Below are positions 38,732 to 46,919 of a DNA stretch of 64,000 nucleotides, piece by piece. Source of the stretch: a virus (Duplodnaviria > Heunggongvirae > Uroviricota > Caudoviricetes); IMG/VR virus record IMGVR_UViG_3300042894_001948, one strand, 5' to 3'. Below the pieces are notes generated by a model that saw nothing but the letters and a program-made list of their open reading frames with translations, was not told where the DNA came from and made no database searches. Each line of letters starts with the position of its first letter. The stretch's first letter is position 1. Made by a program: the position numbers and the translations under genes.

Positions 38732-41017
38732 ATGGTTGAACCAAGCGATACACTACAAACAATCTTTGACAAAGCAATTACTGCTGCAAAAAATATGCAT
38801 CACGAATATGTTACGCTTGAACATGTGTTATTTTCAATGCTTATGGAAGATGAGCATTTTGCTAATACTATTCAAGGATATGGCGCAGATATTGTTTTCC
38901 TTAAAAATGTAGTATTAGAACATCTTCAAACTAAGTGTCACGAGATAACTACTACAGAAGTAGTAGTTAAACCTAAAAAAACACAAGCAGTTGAACGTTC
39001 ATTAAATCGTGCATTTACGCAAGTATTGTTTAATGGTGGTCAAAAGATACAGCCGGTTGATTTTTTCCTAGCAATGTTAGGTGAAAAACGGTCATGGGCA
39101 TTCTATTATGTATCGCAAGTAAATATTACTAAAGAAAAGTTTAATGAATACTTAGTTAATGTGTTAGATGACGACGATCCCACTGCTGAATCAGTTAAAT
39201 CATCGCCTGTTAATAATAAAGCATTACAAGCATACACTACTAACTTAAATGATGAAGTTAAAAATAACAAGATTGATCCGGTTATTGGTCGTGTTGACGA
39301 ACTTGAACATATTGCATTAGCACTAGGGCGTCGTAGCAAAAACAATGTTATTATGGTAGGTGATCCTGGTGTAGGTAAGACTGCAATTGCTGAAGGTCTT
39401 GCATTTAATATTGTAAATGGCTCAGTTCCGGAGTTTTTAATAGACTACACAGTATACAATCTAGACATCGCTGCTATGTTAGCTGGTTCTAAGTACCGAG
39501 GCGACTTTGAAGAACGATTTAAAGCTGTTATTAAGTCATTACAGAAACTTGGTAAATGCGTATTGTTTATTGATGAAGCACATATGATTAGTGGTGCAGG
39601 GGCATCGGGTAATTCATCTAATGATTTAGCTAATATGATGAAGCCTGCCCTTAGTAAAGGTAACATTAAAGTTATTGCAAGCACTACATGGGATGAATAT
39701 CGTAAACACTTTGAGAAAGATCGTGCATTAATGCGTAGATTCCAACGAATTACAGTTGATGAGCCTACACAAGAGATGACTTTACAGATTCTTAAAGGTA
39801 TTAAGAAGTATTACGAAGGGCATCACAAACTTAAAATTAAAGACGATGCATTACAAGCAGCAATTAAGCTATCTGTAAAGTACCAAGCAGACAAAAAGTT
39901 ACCAGATAAGGCTATTGACTTAATTGATTGCGCATGTTCGAGGTTTAACCTAAAACTTGCAACTGATCGAGTAGTAGCTGAGGCTGAAATCCAGTTTGAA
40001 CTGGCTAAAATGCTTAACATGCCAGTTGAACAGATTATGCAGACTGAAACTACGTCGTTAGTGACGTTACAAGAGAAGTTAGAAGCCGAAGTATATGGTC
40101 AAGACACTGCATTAACTGAAATTGTTGACAAGATTATGGTTGCCCAAGCTGGTTTGAAGCCCGAAAACAAGCCAATTGGTAGTTTTGTGTTTATGGGGCC
40201 TACTGGTTGTGGTAAAACCGAGACTGCTAAAGCTCTAGCTAAACACTTAAACACTAAATTAATACGGTTTGACATGTCAGAGTACCAAGAAAAACATAGT
40301 ATTAGCAAGTTGATTGGTAGTCCTCCAGGTTATGTAGGCTTTGAAGACAATGCAGGCCTGTTGATTACACAGATTCAAGAGAATCCTAACGCTGTATTAC
40401 TGTTTGATGAGATTGAAAAGTCACATCCAGACGTATCAACAGTATTACTACAAATGATGGACAACGGATTTGTTACAGGGTCTAATGGTAAACAAGCCGA
40501 TTGTCGCCATATTGTACTAATTTTAACTACAAACGCCGGTGCACAGACTGCAGAAAAGAATCAAATCGGCTTTGGTACTCAAGAAAAAGACTATTCAGAT
40601 GCAGATCTTAAAAAGTTTTTATCACCTGAGTTCCGTAACAGATTAGACGGGGTTATTACGTTTAATAAACTAAGCAAAGACTCCATGGTTAAGGTTATTA
40701 ACAAATTCATCGACGAAGTACGTGAACAAGTTAAAGACAAAGGTATTCGTATTAAGATTGACAAGGCTGCAACTAACTGGTTACTAGAAAAAGGATTTGA
40801 TCCTAAGATGGGTGCTAGACCGTTACATCGTGTAATTGATAAAGAAATCAAACGCGATCTTGCTAAAATGATGTTATTTGGTGATCTTAAAAACGGTGGC
40901 TGGTTAACTATTAGTGTAACTGATGATAAGATTACACTCATTGCTAAACCTAAAACACCTAAGGTACAAACAATTACATTTGATAAAATGTTTGAAGTTA
41001 ACGATGCCGATGTATAA
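38732..41017 (+). CDS. Two-domain AAA+ Clp/Hsp100 ATPase (ClpA-like, no obvious ClpB middle domain)
   Basis: N-domain, D1 Walker A GDPGVGKTAIAEGLA with Walker B LFIDEAH, D2 Walker A GPTGCGKTETAKALA with LLFDEIEKAH, and sensor-2 GARPL. 761 aa. Confidence 0.85.
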   Translation: MVEPSDTLQTIFDKAITAAKNMHHEYVTLEHVLFSMLMEDEHFANTIQGYGADIVFLKNVVLEHLQTKCHEITTTEVVVKPKKTQAVERSLNRAFTQVLFNGGQKIQPVDFFLAMLGEKRSWAFYYVSQVNITKEKFNEYLVNVLDDDDPTAESVKSSPVNNKALQAYTTNLNDEVKNNKIDPVIGRVDELEHIALALGRRSKNNVIMVGDPGVGKTAIAEGLAFNIVNGSVPEFLIDYTVYNLDIAAMLAGSKYRGDFEERFKAVIKSLQKLGKCVLFIDEAHMISGAGASGNSSNDLANMMKPALSKGNIKVIASTTWDEYRKHFEKDRALMRRFQRITVDEPTQEMTLQILKGIKKYYEGHHKLKIKDDALQAAIKLSVKYQADKKLPDKAIDLIDCACSRFNLKLATDRVVAEAEIQFELAKMLNMPVEQIMQTETTSLVTLQEKLEAEVYGQDTALTEIVDKIMVAQAGLKPENKPIGSFVFMGPTGCGKTETAKALAKHLNTKLIRFDMSEYQEKHSISKLIGSPPGYVGFEDNAGLLITQIQENPNAVLLFDEIEKSHPDVSTVLLQMMDNGFVTGSNGKQADCRHIVLILTTNAGAQTAEKNQIGFGTQEKDYSDADLKKFLSPEFRNRLDGVITFNKLSKDSMVKVINKFIDEVREQVKDKGIRIKIDKAATNWLLEKGFDPKMGARPLHRVIDKEIKRDLAKMMLFGDLKNGGWLTISVTDDKITLIAKPKTPKVQTITFDKMFEVNDADV

Positions 41018-41618
41018 CACTGTTAAGAAATTCTATAGAGGCGTGTACAAGTACAATATTGTACTTCGCCTCTATCACGGCGTAGTGTTTCGAGGTAAAG
41101 ATAAACGTCGTTACACGAACGCATTTACTGTTGCAATGAATCAAAGTACTACGACTATGCGGCAACCGTTACGTGGAGAGCTTGAAATCCTTCCGCAACT
41201 TTACGAGTATGTTATGACTATGGAGGATTTTGCAACACGGTACGAACAACCAAGGTTGCATTTTTATACAAACAATTATAGTGACATAGAAGCAATACGA
41301 GATATGATTCCAGAAGAATTAATTGTTTCAATTGGATTACCACCAGATGATTTGCAACCAGGAATGGTGTATATGCCAGAAGTCCCGTATGAATTTCGTG
41401 TTACTTTAGGAAGTGTTACTAAAGTTAATACAGAATTTGTAGAATGGGCAGAAGGTAATAAAAACATTAGATTACAACCAAGAACTAAATCTAATTTAGA
41501 ATCTCCAGGAATATACAATTCTGGTACACAGTTATATGTTACAGGAGAACGTAATTTATTGTTTGTAAGAATACACTTAGGTAATGTTAATTTAACTGTT
41601 GAGAGGATTCTTAATTAG
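41004..41618 (+). CDS. Hypothetical protein (~204 aa)
   Basis: The ATG at 41004 (MPMYNTVKKFY…) overlaps the end of the ClpA-like gene. The longer upstream extension lies inside clpA and is unlikely to be translated. Confidence 0.5.
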   Translation: MPMYNTVKKFYRGVYKYNIVLRLYHGVVFRGKDKRRYTNAFTVAMNQSTTTMRQPLRGELEILPQLYEYVMTMEDFATRYEQPRLHFYTNNYSDIEAIRDMIPEELIVSIGLPPDDLQPGMVYMPEVPYEFRVTLGSVTKVNTEFVEWAEGNKNIRLQPRTKSNLESPGIYNSGTQLYVTGERNLLFVRIHLGNVNLTVERILN

Positions 41619-41649
41619 TATAAATATACTAATAACATGGAATTTAACA

Positions 41650-42024
41650 ATGCGTATTACAGACCTACTTGAAAATGCTCACTTTAAAAGTGAAGAATTT
41701 ATTAAACAAACTGAAGACGGTAATGACATCGATTACGATTTAATTGATGATTTAGTTTTCTTTTTAAACAACGACGACGACGTTTACCGCCGTTGTCTCT
41801 TACCTGCAGTACATGTGTTTATTGATAAACAGAAAGCAGATGAAGAGACTAAATATACTATTTTTAAATCTGCAGTAGCAAAAGGTTATAAACAGTATAT
41901 TAAGAAATATCCAATTCGTGAATTACCGTCAACTCTTGATACTAAAGTTTGGAGAGATGTATGCAAAAAACTTTTTGATCAAATATCTAAAGATATGGAA
42001 GACGGACAATACGATCACACTTAA
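41650..42024 (+). CDS. Hypothetical acidic protein (~124 aa)
   Basis: Start chosen at the ATG at 41650 (MRITDLLENAHF…) to avoid overlap with the previous gene. No recognisable motif. Confidence 0.45.
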   Translation: MRITDLLENAHFKSEEFIKQTEDGNDIDYDLIDDLVFFLNNDDDVYRRCLLPAVHVFIDKQKADEETKYTIFKSAVAKGYKQYIKKYPIRELPSTLDTKVWRDVCKKLFDQISKDMEDGQYDHT

Positions 42025-42045
42025 CATTATTATATAGGTAACAAT

Positions 42046-43758
42046 ATGGCAGGAATTGCACACCCTGAAGATCTTATCATTAGTGAGGGATCTAAAGGTG
42101 CCCAACGAGCAGTTAATGAATTAACTAGTCTTTCTTATAACACTAATACATTAACTATTAAATGGGATGGCTTTCCTGCAATAGTTTTTGGACGAGATAA
42201 TAATGGCACATTAGTGTTTGTTGACAAACACATGTTCAAACAAATTGCCGCTGGCAAACTCAACTTTACTACCATTAGAGATTATGATGCTACTCGCAAC
42301 GCTAATCGTAGTGATCTATGGGACAAAGAAGACATCCTACGTCCTGCATTAGAAAAAATTATTCCAAACGTAACTAATACGTATTATATGGGCGACTTGC
42401 TATGGGCAGGACTTCCGGCTAGTATTAACAATTCATTTGTCTTTAAACCTAATACTGTCGAATATAGAGTTAAACACCATAGTGAGTTAGGGAACGTAAT
42501 TGCTAATAGTGTTGGCGGCATTGCAGTGCATACATTCTTTCCCGGTTTAACAGCAGAAGACGAACCAATTACTGGATTTAACGGGTTTTCAGAATGTAAA
42601 GACATTACGTTTATTGCAACTGAAATGACTAACAAGCCAAGTATTGTAATAAACAGCACACTATTATTAAATGCACAACAAGCTATTGCAACACACAGCA
42701 ACGCTGTAGACGTGGCTATCAGCAAAATAACTACAACTAAATGTAAATGTGTACTTAACGCAATAGGCCCGTTTATTACAAGTATGATCGAATCTGAAGA
42801 TTTAGAAACAAATATTGTTAATAGATTTATCAAATTTGCTACTCCAAGATTTACTAAATCTGTTACAGAAAAACTATGTACCCCAGCCGGAAGATTTCAC
42901 ATAGACATTTATAAAGGATTAATAGGACTGTGGGAAATTTGGAGTGCAATATCTAAACTTAAATTAGATATAAAACAGCAAATTGATCAACAACAAGTTC
43001 ACAGTGCAGTGCATCCTATAATAAATAGTATTATAAGTCACGAAGGTTACGTTACAGGCGCGGGTAACACTAAGTTAAAAATTATTAATAGATTAGAATT
43101 TAGCCGCGCCAACTTTTCTAAATACAAAGTGTCGGTTGAAGAAATTGAAACAAAAAGTAATATGTCAATGGCAACTTTTTGTTTTGGTAGAATGAATCCT
43201 CCTACAGTTGGACATAAAAAAGTTATACAACAAACTGTAGAACTTGGAAAAGAACATGCTTATATATTTGCAAGTAACAAACATGATCCAAAAAGTGATC
43301 CATTAGATTATGAAGTTAAAACTGAATTTATTAAAAAAATACATCCTGATTATTCTAATTTTATGGTAACAGAATATGTAAGAGATCCATGGCAAGCTGC
43401 ATGTTGGTTATATGATAGAGGTTACAGACATATGACATTTATTGCAGGTAGTGATAGATTAGGACCAGGTAATAGAAGTTTAGAAACCGCTCTGAATAAT
43501 TGGAATAGCGGTCCGTCACGTACTACTGATTATGCGCGTGGTCCAAATGGTAGAGAATATGTAGTATTAAACTTTGTTAGCAGTGGAGATCGTAAAGACT
43601 CTACTAATAACGCTAGCGGTACATTAGCACGCGAATATGCTAAATTAGGTGACAAAATTAATTTCCAACTAATAACTGGAGTAAGTGAAGATATCACAGT
43701 TTGTGGTAAAACATTATACCAAGCAACTAGAGAGGGAATGAACTGCACAATGGAATGA
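42046..43758 (+). CDS. Two-module protein: N-terminal ligase-like nucleotidyltransferase (KxDG) fused to a C-terminal (H/T)xGH cytidylyl/adenylyl-transferase fold
   Basis: N-terminal …LTIKWDGFPAIVFGRDNNGTLVFVDKHMF… resembles motif I of T4 Rnl1-type ligases (LTKEDGSLVS…). C-terminal …FCFGRMNPPTVGHKKVIQQ… resembles the GRFQPFHxGH motif of NMNAT/NadM-type nucleotidyltransferases. Confidence 0.5.
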   Translation: MAGIAHPEDLIISEGSKGAQRAVNELTSLSYNTNTLTIKWDGFPAIVFGRDNNGTLVFVDKHMFKQIAAGKLNFTTIRDYDATRNANRSDLWDKEDILRPALEKIIPNVTNTYYMGDLLWAGLPASINNSFVFKPNTVEYRVKHHSELGNVIANSVGGIAVHTFFPGLTAEDEPITGFNGFSECKDITFIATEMTNKPSIVINSTLLLNAQQAIATHSNAVDVAISKITTTKCKCVLNAIGPFITSMIESEDLETNIVNRFIKFATPRFTKSVTEKLCTPAGRFHIDIYKGLIGLWEIWSAISKLKLDIKQQIDQQQVHSAVHPIINSIISHEGYVTGAGNTKLKIINRLEFSRANFSKYKVSVEEIETKSNMSMATFCFGRMNPPTVGHKKVIQQTVELGKEHAYIFASNKHDPKSDPLDYEVKTEFIKKIHPDYSNFMVTEYVRDPWQAACWLYDRGYRHMTFIAGSDRLGPGNRSLETALNNWNSGPSRTTDYARGPNGREYVVLNFVSSGDRKDSTNNASGTLAREYAKLGDKINFQLITGVSEDITVCGKTLYQATREGMNCTME

Positions 43759-43761
43759 GAA

Positions 43762-44169
43762 ATGAAACGATATACAAACGAAGATATACGAGAATTCGAG
43801 ATTGCATTACAAGAAATGCAAGCTGCTGTATTACAAGAAGCAAAATTACGCAAGGGTGCGCTTAAGGCATCACCCGGTATGACGTCATGGCCAGCATTAA
43901 ACAATAATAACAACCCATATCATGCATATAGATTTGGAATGTCATTAGCAGGTTCGCCTGACAACTTTGTTGAAAAAGAAGGACCGGTTGGTGGGAATTT
44001 TATTACAATGTCTTATACAGACGGTGACGAACTGATTCTACAATCTGCTGCAAAGAAAATGGGATTTAGTAGTAAATCAATGAGTTCGTCTAAAAAATCA
44101 TGCGAACTACCAGACATTAATAAAACTAGCCCAGTTGCTAATAAGAAACGAAATCGTTACGGGATTTAA
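43762..44169 (+). CDS. Hypothetical protein, paralog A of a tandem pair (135 aa)
   Basis: Shares …YRFG(M/V)…GS.D…GPVG…YTD.(E/D)…(K/R)N(R/K)YG(I/V) with the next gene. Confidence 0.55.
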   Translation: MKRYTNEDIREFEIALQEMQAAVLQEAKLRKGALKASPGMTSWPALNNNNNPYHAYRFGMSLAGSPDNFVEKEGPVGGNFITMSYTDGDELILQSAAKKMGFSSKSMSSSKKSCELPDINKTSPVANKKRNRYGI

Positions 44170-44170
44170 A

Positions 44171-44575
44171 ATGAAAGTATACGATATTCTACGTGAAGAT
44201 GATAACAGCAGTACTGCAGGTATCGGTGAGAATACAAAGAAACAATCTAAGTCAGGAAAAGTACACGATCAGTTTCAAACAGCTATAAAAGGTATGGAAA
44301 CATATACTGATAAAAATTCATATTATACTATGTATAGATTTGGTGTTGACATGGCAAGGGGATCTCAAGATCAACCGTATGATCCATCAGGACCAGTTGG
44401 CAACCAAATGGCTACACTTGCATACACCGATGCTGAACAACAGATTATTGATAACAGTAAAAAGAATTTAGGTTTAAAAAGTAAAAAACTAACTTCTAAA
44501 GACAGCTTTGAAAATCAAAATACTTACACAATAAGTCCTGTAGCTACCGTAAAAAGAAATAAGTATGGGGTATAA
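44171..44575 (+). CDS. Hypothetical protein, paralog B of the tandem pair (134 aa)
   Basis: ATG at 44171 (MKVYDILRED…) directly after the paralog A stop. Confidence 0.55.
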   Translation: MKVYDILREDDNSSTAGIGENTKKQSKSGKVHDQFQTAIKGMETYTDKNSYYTMYRFGVDMARGSQDQPYDPSGPVGNQMATLAYTDAEQQIIDNSKKNLGLKSKKLTSKDSFENQNTYTISPVATVKRNKYGV

Positions 44576-44577
44576 AT

Positions 44578-44835
44578 GTGAAACAGTATAGAATAACATC
44601 TGAAAATATACTACAAGACAGTCCTGATGACTGTTTTCTTGCGACCGACGACCCAATACAAGAATTAAAAATTGCTCATCATTTAGGCGGATTAGGTGCA
44701 GATGCACGATTACACGAATATCGCGCTAATCAAAAACAACAATCGTTCGGTGACGAACGCGGCAAATATCAACGTGAAAATAATATCAAACCCGGAACTC
44801 CTGCATGGTTTGAACTATGGAGTAAACCATTATGA
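44578..44835 (+). CDS. Hypothetical protein (85 aa); GTG start inferred
   Basis: ORF begins with GTG immediately after the upstream TAA. ATGA overlap with the next gene at 44832. Confidence 0.4.
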   Translation: MKQYRITSENILQDSPDDCFLATDDPIQELKIAHHLGGLGADARLHEYRANQKQQSFGDERGKYQRENNIKPGTPAWFELWSKPL

Positions 44836-45092
44836 GAATTTTAGACATTATATCAGAAACTGCATCAGCAGGAGCTACTAGTTCTTCAAGTATAGGAACA
44901 GTAGTTAATCCACATATTAGCCCAGGAAAAGCAAGGGGCAAAAAGTCATACACTGGTAGTATGGCCACAGGAAGTGGAACTAAAGCGCCGCCACAACCAA
45001 AAGTAGTACAACCTAAAAATCCAGACGGCACTGCTAAGAACGGCGCCGACATGGATAACTTATTTGGCAGCGGAAGTATTAAAAGAGGCTAA
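44832..45092 (+). CDS. Hypothetical Gly/Ser-rich protein (86 aa)
   Basis: GGAG RBS. Four-base overlap with the upstream gene. Confidence 0.45.
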   Translation: MRILDIISETASAGATSSSSIGTVVNPHISPGKARGKKSYTGSMATGSGTKAPPQPKVVQPKNPDGTAKNGADMDNLFGSGSIKRG

Positions 45093-45114
45093 ATATACTA
45101 TAACGGAGTTTACC

Positions 45115-46317
45115 ATGAAAAATAGAAAAAACCTTTCAGAATTTGCAGGACTCGAAGTAGAGTTACCAAAATTTGATTTACAAACACCAGACGTTGAAAT
45201 TAACCAACACGAAGTCCCATCAGAACACCAAGTTGACCATGATGACGAAGGCGCAATGGTAAAAGCTGACTTGTTTAAGTTAGCAAAATACAGCGTTAAA
45301 CTATTTAAAAAAATTGAAGACGAAGATCAGTTTGAATCTTGGGTTCAAGCAAAAATTACTAAAGCTGCAGATTATATTTCGTCAGTCTATCATTACTTAG
45401 AATATGAAATGAAATTTAGCGAATATGGCGAAAAATTAGAAAACAGCGATGTTTATTCAGAAAGCCAAAAACGTGAAATTAGAAATATGATTTTAGAAGG
45501 TAAAAAACAACTTGCTGTTATTAAAATTAGCCAAGCTAACAGACTTAATAATTCAGTAATACGCGAAGGCGTTCAGCATGCATGTACTGAATGTGGCGGT
45601 ACTGGAATGGTTGAACAACCACTCCCAGAACGCACTAAAAAATTAGTACAAAAACATAAAACATTGCATAACTTTATTGATAAAAAATTCAGAGATGAAA
45701 ACCATAATGGTATTGATGACCGCAACGAATTTGAAGAAGAAATTTCTCCAGTTAAAAAACCAAGTGCAGTAGCTGACAAAAAAGGTAACAATCCATTTGC
45801 TAAAAAAAATGACAAAAAAGGCGGCAATGGTGATGCATTTAAAAAAGTTTTAGACAAAGAGAAAAGCAAACCTACTAGCGAAGAATCAGAAGCTCCTAAA
45901 AAATCAGCTCCTAAAAAATCAGCTCCTAAAAAAGATAGTGAAGAATCAAAAGCTCCTAAAAAAGACAGCAACGACTCATCAAGCGAGAAAAAAGACAGTG
46001 CAGAAAGCAAACCTAAATCAAAAGTAAACAATCAAGATACTGGTAATCCATATGCTAGCAAAAAAGAAACCAAAACTGATGAATCGTTTTACGAAGGTAA
46101 AAAAGCTGCCGCTGCCACTATGTGGAAAAATGTCAAAGAGTCTGCTAAACAAAAAGCTGATAAAGACTACGACGGTGATGGCAAAATTGAATCTGGAAAA
46201 GACGAACATAAAGGTTCTGTTGATAAAGCAATTAAAGCTTCAAAAGAAAAAGAATGTGTAAAAGAATCAATCGAATTAACACGTTTAAGAGAACTTACTT
46301 TACGAGTGATTAGATAA
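45115..46317 (+). CDS. Highly charged Lys/Glu-rich protein with an SAPKK tandem repeat and a CxxC…? zinc-knuckle-like segment (scaffold/internal protein candidate)
   Basis: ACGGAG RBS before the ATG at 45115. Contains …EAPKKSAPKKSAPKKDSEESKAPKKD… and …HACTECGGTGM…. Confidence 0.55.
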   Translation: MKNRKNLSEFAGLEVELPKFDLQTPDVEINQHEVPSEHQVDHDDEGAMVKADLFKLAKYSVKLFKKIEDEDQFESWVQAKITKAADYISSVYHYLEYEMKFSEYGEKLENSDVYSESQKREIRNMILEGKKQLAVIKISQANRLNNSVIREGVQHACTECGGTGMVEQPLPERTKKLVQKHKTLHNFIDKKFRDENHNGIDDRNEFEEEISPVKKPSAVADKKGNNPFAKKNDKKGGNGDAFKKVLDKEKSKPTSEESEAPKKSAPKKSAPKKDSEESKAPKKDSNDSSSEKKDSAESKPKSKVNNQDTGNPYASKKETKTDESFYEGKKAAAATMWKNVKESAKQKADKDYDGDGKIESGKDEHKGSVDKAIKASKEKECVKESIELTRLRELTLRVIR

Positions 46318-46319
46318 TC

Positions 46320-46919
46320 ATGGATATGAAGCAAATTCTACAGGCAATGGATTCAGTTAAAACATCTGCACCTATAGAAGATACTAACGACATAAAGAAA
46401 TTTATGTCGATTGTAACAGAAGGAGCTACCCCACATAAAGTTGCATTGCCTGTACAAATGGCAATGCAACACTATGCTACCCCGGTTGCTAATGAATTAA
46501 CTAAAAAAACATCTAGACCTTCGTTACTTAAACAATACATGGCCGAAGCATCTGCAGAACAAGAACAAGTGCATTATGCAAAGAAAGCAGAGATTAATCA
46601 GTATGCACAATACATTGCATATAAAGTAATGGGCGAATCGTTAGACGGACATAGCATGGGATATGATCCTGGTGCCGGACCAGGTATGGGACAATATGAA
46701 GAATCTGCTGAAAATCCTCAAGATGTAGTTACAGTAGACATTCCGTTGCTTATTCGATTACTTGAATATGCTAGAGAAGATGCTCAAACCGATATGGATT
46801 TGCATAATGTAGCAGACATGTTAATTAAGTTAAGTGCCACAGGTGAGGTGCTAACAATGGACAATTATGATCAGATAGTTGGCGATCAGCAACTAATAGG
46901 ACCTCCAGAGGAAGACTAA
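46320..46919 (+). CDS. Hypothetical acidic protein (199 aa)
   Basis: ORF with ATGA-type junction to the downstream gene. No recognisable motif. Confidence 0.5.
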   Translation: MDMKQILQAMDSVKTSAPIEDTNDIKKFMSIVTEGATPHKVALPVQMAMQHYATPVANELTKKTSRPSLLKQYMAEASAEQEQVHYAKKAEINQYAQYIAYKVMGESLDGHSMGYDPGAGPGMGQYEESAENPQDVVTVDIPLLIRLLEYAREDAQTDMDLHNVADMLIKLSATGEVLTMDNYDQIVGDQQLIGPPEED

